A DNA stretch of 52,343 bases, from NCBI GenBank assembly GCA_004321885.1, contig SCQK01000002.1, positions 1 through 52,343 on the forward strand. Reading direction: 5' to 3'. Positions 45,198 to 52,343 of this stretch are shown piece after piece. Under the pieces are notes generated by a model. It searched no databases. It was not told where the DNA came from and worked only from the letters and a program-made list of their open reading frames with translations. This DNA is from Patescibacteria group bacterium. GTDB taxonomy: Bacteria; Patescibacteriota; Patescibacteriia; Magasanikbacterales; GWA2-37-8. The position numbers were made by a program, and so were the translations under genes. How positions within the stretch are numbered: the stretch's first letter is position 1; each line of letters opens with the position of its first letter.

Positions 45198-45653
45198 TCA
45201 TCCCATCACCCTCTGCCAAAATCCCCTGTGCCCGTCAATAATATTCTTGGGCATGGTTTTGAAAAATCTGCCTTTTTTCGGCTTCATAATAGTCCGGCAC
45301 TCAAACACCAGCGACACTGTGTGCCCGCGCGAACCCTGGCTGCAATCATTGGCAAACAAAAATTTGGAATCGCTGACATTAATCCCCAGCTCTTTCCAGG
45401 CCACGGCCTGGATGCGTTCGTCAAAGCTCTCGCGAAAGCGCAGAAGACCGCCCGGGAAATGCCAGCCGCGCCACCACTGGTCGTCGCGCCAGGTGAGCAA
45501 CACGCCCCGCGGACTCTTTATCACCAGCTCTACGGCCGCAAAAGTTACTACGCCGAGCAGAGCTTCAAAAACCGGCTGTGGCAGGCCCTCGTGAGGGTTG
45601 TCTATTTTTTTCAGCAGGACGCAAAGCTGTTTTAATTCTTTCGCGTTTAACAT
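45198..45653 (-). CDS. Nudix hydrolase, GDP-mannose mannosyl hydrolase (Gmm)-like, second copy
   Basis: 151 aa with motifs VLLTWRD and GWHFPGGLLRFRESFDERIQAVAWKELG, paralogous to 14423..14875. Confidence 0.6.
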   Translation of the reverse strand: MLNAKELKQLCVLLKKIDNPHEGLPQPVFEALLGVVTFAAVELVIKSPRGVLLTWRDDQWWRGWHFPGGLLRFRESFDERIQAVAWKELGINVSDSKFLFANDCSQGSRGHTVSLVFECRTIMKPKKGRFFKTMPKNIIDGHRGFWQRVMG

Positions 45654-45690
45654 ACGATACCAGTATACATTTTTTTATTTAAAAAAACAA

Positions 45691-46734
45691 TCAACGCGCG
45701 CGAACCATAATAACAATGGCAAAAAAAAGAAAAATTACGGCGGCAATCATCCGCGCGCGGGGCTTGCCGCCAATGCCTTTCCATTCTCCGGAAATAAAGC
45801 CGGCGCCCTGGCCGCCCAAGATCTGCATGGCCTGGGCAATACCCACTCCCACCGAAGCCCCGACCGCTCCCAAAGCCACCATGCCCAGACCCTGCAAAGC
45901 AAAAGCGACAATCAGTTGCGAACCTATCAGAAGAGCCAGCGCGGCCTCGGATTTTTTTTGAAAAAAAACCGACCAAGACCTTTTTCTTATGATCAGCCAA
46001 ACCGGATAGGCCAAATTTATCACGGCGCCGCCGACAAATCCGCCGGCCCAGACGCCAAAATTGGCGGATATAACTCCGGCGCCCTGGGCTTTCATGGCCG
46101 CGATAATCGGCCCCTGGCTGTAGACAAAAGCCAGCGACGGACCCACTGAAAGCGCTCCGGCGATGATGGCCATTACCAGTCCGCCGCGAAAACTACCCGC
46201 TGGCGCGCAGACAACCGTTGGATATTTTTCAGACCGCTGATTTGCGATTTTTTCCCGGCCAAAGCCGGCCAACGCCGCCAAAAACACGCCGCCCAGCATT
46301 ATCGCCACGCCCGAAAGCACGGTTAGCCCGGCCAGAGAAAAAATATCCGGGGAATTTTCAAATAATCCGGTGCCTTTGAAAATCATGGGCAATATCACGG
46401 CCAGAGAAGCGCCCACGCCCGTCAGTATGGCGCCGGTCAAAGACAAACCAATGCGCTCGGCACAGCGGCCGGCCAGTACATTGGCCACTCCCCAGCCCAC
46501 CGCGAAAAGATTGGAAATAATTAGAGGCTTCCAGCCGACCGCGGCATAAGCGGCCCACGGATTGCCCACCCCGGCCAGCACCACTACCCATGGGATAATA
46601 AAAAGCGGCAACATACCGATAAACCAGTAGTGCTCAAACTTGTACTGGCGCATTTTTTTCATCGGCCACAAGGCGCTGCCGGTGCCCAGGCCGGCGATGG
46701 CGGAAAGCGCGACTCCTGAAAATATGGAAGACAT
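45691..46734 (-). CDS. DMT-superfamily sugar:proton symporter (RhaT-like)
   Basis: 347 aa with 10 TM helices and an RhaT-like repeat organisation. Confidence 0.5.
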   Translation of the reverse strand: MSSIFSGVALSAIAGLGTGSALWPMKKMRQYKFEHYWFIGMLPLFIIPWVVVLAGVGNPWAAYAAVGWKPLIISNLFAVGWGVANVLAGRCAERIGLSLTGAILTGVGASLAVILPMIFKGTGLFENSPDIFSLAGLTVLSGVAIMLGGVFLAALAGFGREKIANQRSEKYPTVVCAPAGSFRGGLVMAIIAGALSVGPSLAFVYSQGPIIAAMKAQGAGVISANFGVWAGGFVGGAVINLAYPVWLIIRKRSWSVFFQKKSEAALALLIGSQLIVAFALQGLGMVALGAVGASVGVGIAQAMQILGGQGAGFISGEWKGIGGKPRARMIAAVIFLFFAIVIMVRAR

Positions 46735-46817
46735 AAGTGTATTAAAGAATATCGTAAAACGGCCATTACCGGCTGATTGGCGGAATAATAATGACGATAG
46801 GGGCGGCCCTCATCGTG

Positions 46818-48542
46818 CTAAGCAGAAGATGAATTTACATATGGTATTTCCGCGTACAGGCCGGCGGACCATTTCTCGGGCATTTTTTGATCGGGATCAA
46901 TCATCAGCTCGCAGACAATCGGCCCGTCAAAATCCATAACTTTTTTTACCTTGTCCAACTCGCTGTCATTGTTAATCCGCTCAAAGGCAATGCCCCAGGC
47001 CGGAATTAGTTTGCTGAAATCCGGAATGCTCACTCCTGTCTCTGGGTCTGAAGCAAAAATCTTTTTAAAGAAATGCGTGTGCGTGGCCCGGATGGAATAA
47101 TAGCCATTGTTGTTGACAATAAAAATTTTAAGCGGCAGTTTGTGATGAACCACGGTTTGCAATTCCTGTAAATTCATCATTATGGAACCGTCGCCTTCAC
47201 TGCAGATGACGGCCTGGCGGCCACGCGCGATGCTGGCGCCAATGGCCATGGGCAGGCCCGAACCCATATGACCCAAACCGGCGTTGGTGAGAAACCGCTG
47301 GCCGCGGGAAACTTTAAGCGCCTGGTGAGGGGTAAGCGAAGCCATGCCATTGGCCGTGGTGATATCCAAACCTGGATTCCGGCTCCCGGGCCGGAATGAC
47401 ATGTTGCATGCGCCTATCTCGCGCCAAAATTTGTAGACATTCAAATATTTCGGGTCGCAGGCCAAATCAGCGGGATTGAGCGGCTCCACTTTCACGTCCC
47501 AGCGATTGAGGGTGATGTCTTGTTTGTATAATTCATCTAAAAATACTTTGGCATCGCAATGCACAGCCAAATCCACGGATAATTGTTTACGTTTCATTTC
47601 ATTGTCATCAATATCAACCATTATTTTTTTTGCGTTCGGCGCGAATTTATTGTAGTCCCATGAAACTTGCGTGAGTTGCATACGCTCGCCCACGATAAGC
47701 AGAAGGTCGCAGTTGTCTGCCGCGTAATTGGCGGCTTTGTTACCCGGCATTCCCTGCCTGCCCAAATAATAGGGATAGTCGTAAGTGACTAAATCATCAG
47801 CCGTAAAAATTGGCGTAACCGCGTTGATTTTAAATTTATCCAAAGACTTCCACAAAATTTCTTCGCCCCCGGCCAGACGTATGCCATTGCCGGCGATGAG
47901 CAGGGGGCGTTTGGCTTCGCGTAAAAGTGTGACGATTTTTTCCATTGTCGCGCGCTCCAGCGAACCTGGATTCCAGCTCTCGGGCTGGAATGATAAAAGT
48001 GTGTCCGGGTCAATTTCCGCGGCCTGCACGTCCAAAGGAATTTCCACAAACACCGGGCCGGGCCGGCCGTGGGTAGCTAAATACAGGGCTTTTTCCAGAT
48101 GATAGCGAATTTCATTTTCATTTTCCACGGTTACGGCGTACTTGCAAACCGGCTTGGCAATATCAATGACGTTTAATTCCTGAAAGCCGATGGCGCGCAC
48201 TACTGGTTGTCCGTTGGCATCGCGAGGCGTGATGTCCGCTCGCTTCACTTGTCCGGCAACAACAAACATCGGGATACTGTCCAGCCAGGCCCCGGCCATG
48301 CCGGTTACCGCGTTGGTGCCGCCCGGGCCCGTGGTTACCAGAGCGACCCCCGGAGAATTTTTTATCCTGCCATAGCCCTCGGCCGCGATGGCCACTGCCT
48401 GCTCGTGATGACAACAGTAAGATTTGAGGTTTGACCGGCCCAGTGAATCCACCAGGTGCATAATGCCGCCGCCCGAAACCAAAAAGACCGAGTCAGCCAC
48501 TTTTTGTTCAATAAATTGCCAGACGTAGTCGGATAGTTTCAT
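46818..48542 (-). CDS. Thiamine-diphosphate-dependent enzyme of the acetolactate-synthase/YerE family
   Basis: 574 aa with three ThDP-enzyme domains: an N-terminal Pyr domain (VFLVSGGGIMHL...GPGGTNAVTGMAGAW), a central domain, and a C-terminal PP domain with GDGS...NN ThDP-binding motif (GDGSIMMNLQEL...NNNGY). Confidence 0.75.
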   Translation of the reverse strand: MKLSDYVWQFIEQKVADSVFLVSGGGIMHLVDSLGRSNLKSYCCHHEQAVAIAAEGYGRIKNSPGVALVTTGPGGTNAVTGMAGAWLDSIPMFVVAGQVKRADITPRDANGQPVVRAIGFQELNVIDIAKPVCKYAVTVENENEIRYHLEKALYLATHGRPGPVFVEIPLDVQAAEIDPDTLLSFQPESWNPGSLERATMEKIVTLLREAKRPLLIAGNGIRLAGGEEILWKSLDKFKINAVTPIFTADDLVTYDYPYYLGRQGMPGNKAANYAADNCDLLLIVGERMQLTQVSWDYNKFAPNAKKIMVDIDDNEMKRKQLSVDLAVHCDAKVFLDELYKQDITLNRWDVKVEPLNPADLACDPKYLNVYKFWREIGACNMSFRPGSRNPGLDITTANGMASLTPHQALKVSRGQRFLTNAGLGHMGSGLPMAIGASIARGRQAVICSEGDGSIMMNLQELQTVVHHKLPLKIFIVNNNGYYSIRATHTHFFKKIFASDPETGVSIPDFSKLIPAWGIAFERINNDSELDKVKKVMDFDGPIVCELMIDPDQKMPEKWSAGLYAEIPYVNSSSA

Positions 48543-48545
48543 ACA

Positions 48546-49460
48546 CTAGAAAATAAGAAATTCAATCGCTTTATATACGCGGTCAACTGGTGATAACTCG
48601 GCATCCAACAATATATACGGCGGCTGATCCGGATTTTGTTTTTGGCCGGCAAACTCGTCAGAATTGGTAAAGCTGTAGGGGAAGCTCAACAGGCCTTCAT
48701 CATTGCCGAGCGGCATATCCCCAAAAGTGGCCACTTCATCTTCTTTAAAACCCAGTATCTTCAGCACGGTTTTAATGGCCACGGTCTTGCTGTCTTCATG
48801 CAGTTTTTTTGTCATGTGCACATAGGTATCATCGCCGGCGGCCGCGGTGAGCTCATTGCCCAATTCGGCGTTAAGCTCAGCCACCAGCTGGGCATGAATT
48901 GTTTTGTCTTTGGGCAAAACAAAAGTTACCTTGGCCTGCTCGGTGAAAAATTCCCCGTCAGCCGGGCGGCAGACGTCAATCATTTCAGCCGGCACATAGC
49001 CCTCCCAGCTATCCAACAAAAATTTTCTAAATGTCTCAATGCCTTTCTCGGCCAAGTCAGCGCGAGTGATGCCCAGATTGGCGTAGACTTTTTTCCCGAT
49101 TTCCACCGCTTTCAAAATTTGCGGCATTTCCAGGCCGTGATTATATATCTCAATCAACTGGTCTTTTTTTACCTCGTACAATGTGGTGCTATTGCCCCCG
49201 GCCACAAAGCTGGGCACAGACACATTTTCTTTATTCAACAGCTCCTGCAAGGGCGGCACCAACACCTTGATGGCTGTGGCCGCGCGCGCGGAAATAAAAG
49301 CCACTGATTTGTTTTTCTTTAAAATTTTATCCACCAACTCAAAAACCTGGGGCTGTTTGTGCGTGGCATCGCCGAGCGTGCCATCGTAATCCAAGCCGAA
49401 CAATTTGATTTTTGTTTTTGCTTCCTCTAATTTGACCTGCGCGATTTCGGAGTGATTCAT
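48546..49460 (-). CDS. HAD-superfamily phosphatase (HAD-IIB, sugar-phosphate phosphatase-like)
   Basis: 304 aa with motif I DYDGTL and motif IV GDMPLGNDEG. Confidence 0.65.
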   Translation of the reverse strand: MNHSEIAQVKLEEAKTKIKLFGLDYDGTLGDATHKQPQVFELVDKILKKNKSVAFISARAATAIKVLVPPLQELLNKENVSVPSFVAGGNSTTLYEVKKDQLIEIYNHGLEMPQILKAVEIGKKVYANLGITRADLAEKGIETFRKFLLDSWEGYVPAEMIDVCRPADGEFFTEQAKVTFVLPKDKTIHAQLVAELNAELGNELTAAAGDDTYVHMTKKLHEDSKTVAIKTVLKILGFKEDEVATFGDMPLGNDEGLLSFPYSFTNSDEFAGQKQNPDQPPYILLDAELSPVDRVYKAIEFLIF

Positions 49461-49464
49461 AACT

Positions 49465-49585
49465 TTAGCTCAAGTAAGCGCCGTCTGGATGTGCTCGCAG
49501 CGGCTTGTGGCGCCCAGAGCGCCACGCCCGAGCCCTCGCGGGCGAGGAAAGCGAGAGCACATCAAGACGGCGCGAACGAGAAAAT
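49465..49585. ncRNA. GC-rich, highly structured intergenic element with nested inverted repeats (GCGCCGTCTGGATGTGCTCGC ... GCGAGAGCACATCAAGACGGCGC). It is a candidate structured RNA or REP-like element
   Basis: A long imperfect inverted repeat encloses two inner hairpins (TGGCGC-CCAGA-GCGCCA and GCCCTCGCGGGC). Its GC content is far above the flanking sequence, and no coding potential is apparent. Confidence 0.35.
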
Positions 49586-51144
49586 TAAAGTACCCAATAA
49601 GTTAAAATTGTTTTACGATTTTTGTTTTGCGCGATGCTTTCGTCGGCGTAGTAAGAATCATCCTTATAGTGAGTGGTGGAAATTTCTTCAAACACGCAGC
49701 CGTTTTTGGTGGAAAACCCGTGCGCTAAATCGCGCTCTATCGTCACAATATCGCCGGGCCCGCTTTCTTTGATGACGCCGTTTAGGTCAAAAATCGCGTC
49801 GCCCCACAAGATATGAAAGGTCTCTTCTTTTAATTTATGCGAGTGCACCGGGTGTTTTTGGCCGGGCAGAAGTACAATCAATTTTTTGCAATATTCGCGG
49901 TTGAAACAATTTATCAGGCTGGCGCCGTATTCGTAGAATTTTTCTATGCCATAATGATGCGACAGCTCAAATTCCCACTTGTTTGATACCGGGATATTGG
50001 CGTTTTTGAGCAGCTGGTTGATTTGGGAAATGGCGGTATAAACCTGCTCGCGCAATTCCAGACAATTTACGTCCGCGGCCATGATGGGCTCGTTTTTCTT
50101 GAAGTCGCGGCTGGCCGTAAACACCGTGTATTTGGACAGGTCGTTGGCCAAAACCTGCCCGGCCATGTTGGGAAACGCGAAAAAAGAATTTTTGATGTCC
50201 ACGCGCTCGCCCGGCCTGATATCGCCGGCCGCGAACACTCCGCGCTGAAACTGGCGGATGTCGGCCAGCTCCTGGGGCGCGAAATCATGGCGCCTCCCGG
50301 AAACGCCGCAAGCGCGAAACGCCTCGGCCGCGGCTTCCAGCCATTTTTGTACCTGGTCTGGCGTGGCTGAATAGCCGTTTACGGAATACTTTTCGCTTTT
50401 AGCCGAGACATGCTTTTCAAAAGTGCCGGCGCCTTTGGCCACGGCCAGCTTTACCGCGTCAAAATTGTCGGCGTGTTCGTGGGTGGAAAAACCAATGGTT
50501 ATTTCCGGGTACCGCTCGCGCAACAAAGTAATCTGATTGAATTGCAGCTGCTCGTGGGGGGTGGGATACTGCCCGATGCAGTGCTCCAGCGCGAATTTTT
50601 TATTGCGGTTGATGAAAAAACTCACCACGCGGTCAATTTTTTCCAAAGCCGCGCCGCCGGTGGAGGCGATAATCGGCTTATCGGTTTTGGCAATGGCCTC
50701 CAAAAGCGTCCAGTCGGTAAAAGAACAGCTGGCGACTTTAATAATATCATAGCCGTGGCGCGCCACATTTTCCACGGACTTTTCGTCAAAAGGCGTGCAC
50801 ATGGAAATGAAGCCCAGCTTGTCGGCCTCGCTCTTTAATATCAAAAATTCCTCGCCCGTCAACCGCGCCTCGGAAAATCTTTTGATATATTTCAAATCCA
50901 TCCGCTCTTTATAATCCGGATGGATAAAAGTGTCCAGGTCGCGATACTGGAACTTGAACGCGAACCGGAAACCCAAATCCGGAGCAATAAAATTTTTACA
51001 GACCTCGCCAATCTCCCTGATTATTTTCAAGCCAAACTCCACATCGCCCATGTGGTTGTTGGCCAGCTCAAAAATAAAAAGAGGCGCCGCCGTTCCTCCT
51101 CTTTGCGCGAAAATCGCGTCAATTTTTTCCGCCATAATATACAT
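49585..51144 (-). CDS. NeuB-family nonulosonate (sialic-acid-like) synthase fused to a C-terminal cupin domain
   Basis: 519 aa. Residues 1-350 carry a NeuB/SpsE PEP-condensing TIM barrel plus SAF domain. Residues 400-519 form a cupin fold (HSHKLKEETFHILWGDAIFDLNG...). The start overlaps the fcl stop as TAATG. Confidence 0.65.
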   Translation of the reverse strand: MYIMAEKIDAIFAQRGGTAAPLFIFELANNHMGDVEFGLKIIREIGEVCKNFIAPDLGFRFAFKFQYRDLDTFIHPDYKERMDLKYIKRFSEARLTGEEFLILKSEADKLGFISMCTPFDEKSVENVARHGYDIIKVASCSFTDWTLLEAIAKTDKPIIASTGGAALEKIDRVVSFFINRNKKFALEHCIGQYPTPHEQLQFNQITLLRERYPEITIGFSTHEHADNFDAVKLAVAKGAGTFEKHVSAKSEKYSVNGYSATPDQVQKWLEAAAEAFRACGVSGRRHDFAPQELADIRQFQRGVFAAGDIRPGERVDIKNSFFAFPNMAGQVLANDLSKYTVFTASRDFKKNEPIMAADVNCLELREQVYTAISQINQLLKNANIPVSNKWEFELSHHYGIEKFYEYGASLINCFNREYCKKLIVLLPGQKHPVHSHKLKEETFHILWGDAIFDLNGVIKESGPGDIVTIERDLAHGFSTKNGCVFEEISTTHYKDDSYYADESIAQNKNRKTILTYWVL

Positions 51145-52103
51145 TATTTTAAGTTACAATTTGATTGATACCAATCATAGGTCGTTTTGAGTCCTTGGTC
51201 AAGCTCTATTTTGTGCCGCCAGCCCAGGGCCCGGATGCGGGAAATATCCAGTGTCCTCCGGAAAACGCCGTCCGGCTTGGCCGGGTCCCATTCAATTTTT
51301 CCCTCATAGCCCGTAATTTTTTGAATCAGCTCGGCCAAATCCTTTATCGTGATATCCTGGCCCATGCCCAGATTCGCGAAAATTTCTCCCCGCTCGTTCT
51401 GTTCTTTGGTCGGATTAAAATGCTCCATTAAAAATATACAGCCGTCGGCCATATCGTCCGCGTGCAAAAATTCCCGCCAGGGCGCGCCCGTGCCCCAGAG
51501 CGTCACTTTTTTTTCTCCACTTGTTTTGGCCTCGTGAAATTTGCGCAGCAGGGCCGGAATCACGTGCGAATTTTGCAAATCAAAATTATCGCCGGGCCCG
51601 TACAAGTTGGCCGGCATCACCGCGATAAAATTAGCGCCGTATTGGCGGTTATAACTCTGGCACATTTTCAGCCCGGCAATTTTGGCGACAGCGTAAGGTT
51701 CGTTGGTCGGCTCCAGCGGCCCGGACAGCAGATATTCCTCTTTTATCGGCAACTGGCAAACCTTTGGGTAGATGCAGGCCGAACCCAAAAACAAAAGCTT
51801 CCTTACATTATATATATAGGAAGCGTGAATGACGTTGTTTTGTATGGCCAGATTATTATAAATAAAATCAGCCGGATAGGTGTTGTTGGCGCCGATGCCG
51901 CCCACCTTGGCCGCGGCCAAAAAAACGTATTCCGGTTTTTCAGCCGCAAAAAAATCATTGACCGCTTTTTGCTCGCGCAAATCCAATTCTTGATGGGTTT
52001 TTAACAAAAAATTGCCAAAGCCCTCGGCCCGCAAACGGCTAACCAAAGCCGAACCCACCAATCCGCGGTGTCCGGCAACATAAACTTTGGCATTTTTTTC
52101 CAT
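51144..52103 (-). CDS. fcl: GDP-L-fucose synthase (GDP-4-keto-6-deoxy-D-mannose 3,5-epimerase/4-reductase)
   Basis: Start trimmed to MEKNAKVYVAGHRGLVGSALVSRL (ATG at 52103), because the longer ORF runs through tRNA-Ala. Fcl-specific motifs include FLGSACIYPK. Confidence 0.85.
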   Translation of the reverse strand: MEKNAKVYVAGHRGLVGSALVSRLRAEGFGNFLLKTHQELDLREQKAVNDFFAAEKPEYVFLAAAKVGGIGANNTYPADFIYNNLAIQNNVIHASYIYNVRKLLFLGSACIYPKVCQLPIKEEYLLSGPLEPTNEPYAVAKIAGLKMCQSYNRQYGANFIAVMPANLYGPGDNFDLQNSHVIPALLRKFHEAKTSGEKKVTLWGTGAPWREFLHADDMADGCIFLMEHFNPTKEQNERGEIFANLGMGQDITIKDLAELIQKITGYEGKIEWDPAKPDGVFRRTLDISRIRALGWRHKIELDQGLKTTYDWYQSNCNLK

Positions 52104-52104
52104 G

Positions 52105-52177
52105 TGGACCTCAGGGGGATCGAACCCCTTACCTCTTCCGTGCCACGGAAGCGCTCTACCAAATGAGCTAGAGGCCC
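52105..52177 (-). tRNA. tRNA-Ala (anticodon GGC)
   Basis: Manual fold: acceptor GGGCCTC/GAGGTCC with a G3:U70 pair, D arm GCTC-ATTTGGTA-GAGC, anticodon stem CTTCC/GGAAG with loop GTGGCAC, T arm AGGGG-TTCGATC-CCCCT, and discriminator A. The G3:U70 pair is the alanine identity element. Confidence 0.8.
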
Positions 52178-52235
52178 TCATTTCTCCTAAATACTATTAG
52201 AAAATGTTTGCTTTGTCAAACAGATGTACAGTTAA

Positions 52236-52252
52236 CACCATAGGGTAACATA
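52236..52252. promoter_or_regulatory. Perfect palindrome CTGTTCAC-TGT-GTGAACAG upstream (minus-strand sense) of tRNA-Ala/fcl
   Basis: Seen directly in the sequence. Approximate position near 52235-52255. Confidence 0.3.
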
Positions 52253-52343
52253 TGGTAGTATCAAGGGTTACACCTGTTCACTGTGTGAACAGTAATAATC
52301 GCTTAACCATATGGCCTATCCAATGGCAGCTGGTCGTCGGGAA

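Noticed and set aside
45088-45653. Plus-strand ORFs 45088..45594 and 45180..45635 opposite the Nudix gene
   Set aside because: They are antisense to a gene with a recognisable Nudix box. They begin inside the intergenic palindromes and are Pro/Arg/Ser-rich. The segment was considered as a possible small-protein gene and rejected.
45647-46000. 117-aa minus-strand ORF and 81-aa plus-strand ORF overlapping the RhaT-like transporter
   Set aside because: These are alternative-frame artefacts of a GC-rich membrane-protein gene.
51144-52181. The longer ORF-track version of fcl starting at 52181
   Set aside because: The N-terminal 26 codons read straight through tRNA-Ala(GGC) at 52105-52177. The conserved Fcl start MEKNAKVYVAGHRG begins at 52103.
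1-52343. Search for CRISPR arrays, transposases, integrases, toxin-antitoxin or restriction-modification genes
   Set aside because: No direct-repeat or spacer periodicity is present. No DDE, tyrosine or serine recombinase motifs or other defence-system hallmarks were recognisable. The only mobile-element-like traces are the excisionase-family HTH and the short palindromic repeats.

Overview
The window divides into three parts. (1) 1–9.3 kb is core housekeeping: the 3' end of an rpsF-ssb-rpsR operon on the minus strand, then a plus-strand type IV pilus assembly operon (pilB-pilC-pilM-pilN-pilO plus a small membrane protein), a THUMP-domain RNA methyltransferase, ychF, and two adjacent tRNA-Ser genes. 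(2) From about 9.3 to 42.6 kb lies a very large glycan-biosynthesis locus with about 33 genes, almost all on the minus strand. About 28 of them form one tightly packed, frequently overlapping co-directional block from 42.5 kb down to 12.8 kb. It holds nucleotide-sugar enzymes (ugd, several SDR epimerases/reductases, rmlC/rmlD-like) and a CDP-glucose to CDP-3,6-dideoxyhexose pathway (ddhA, ddhB, E1 dehydrase ddhC). It also holds a TcaB9/TylC3-like sugar C-methyltransferase, three consecutive radical-SAM enzymes (two SPASM-type, one cobalamin-binding class B), and FkbM and class-I methyltransferases. The transferases include at least six GT2 (two of them polyprenyl-phosphate sugar synthases), two GT4, two GT11 alpha-1,2-fucosyltransferases, one GT10 alpha-1,3-fucosyltransferase and a GT-D-like protein. 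The membrane proteins are two large GT-C/polymerase-like proteins, GtrA, and an acyltransferase-3::epimerase fusion. The locus also has a Gmm-like Nudix hydrolase, a Wzx flippase, and a small excisionase-family HTH gene at the head of the operon. (3) 42.6–52.3 kb contains an MBL-fold hydrolase, a strong bidirectional terminator, and a compositionally foreign GC-rich two-gene cassette (SDR plus a divergent Gmm-like Nudix). These are followed by a second Gmm-like Nudix, a RhaT-like sugar symporter, a ThDP-dependent acetolactate-synthase-like enzyme, a HAD phosphatase, a NeuB-like nonulosonate synthase fused to a cupin domain, GDP-L-fucose synthase (fcl) and tRNA-Ala(GGC). No CRISPR array, transposase or integrase was found. 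Several structures are not explained by the genes. One is a family of short CTCCCCTT-N-AAGGGGAG palindromic elements, two of which sit in frame inside conserved genes (the methyltransferase and ychF). Another is a highly structured GC-rich intergenic element at 49.46–49.59 kb. The last is local GC mosaicism inside the glycan locus. The most likely candidate for a novel system is the ddh/rSAM/C-methyltransferase sub-cluster, possibly together with the distal YerE-like ThDP enzyme. It could produce a heavily modified, C-branched or C-methylated 3,6-dideoxyhexose carried in a fucosylated, O-methylated glycan.
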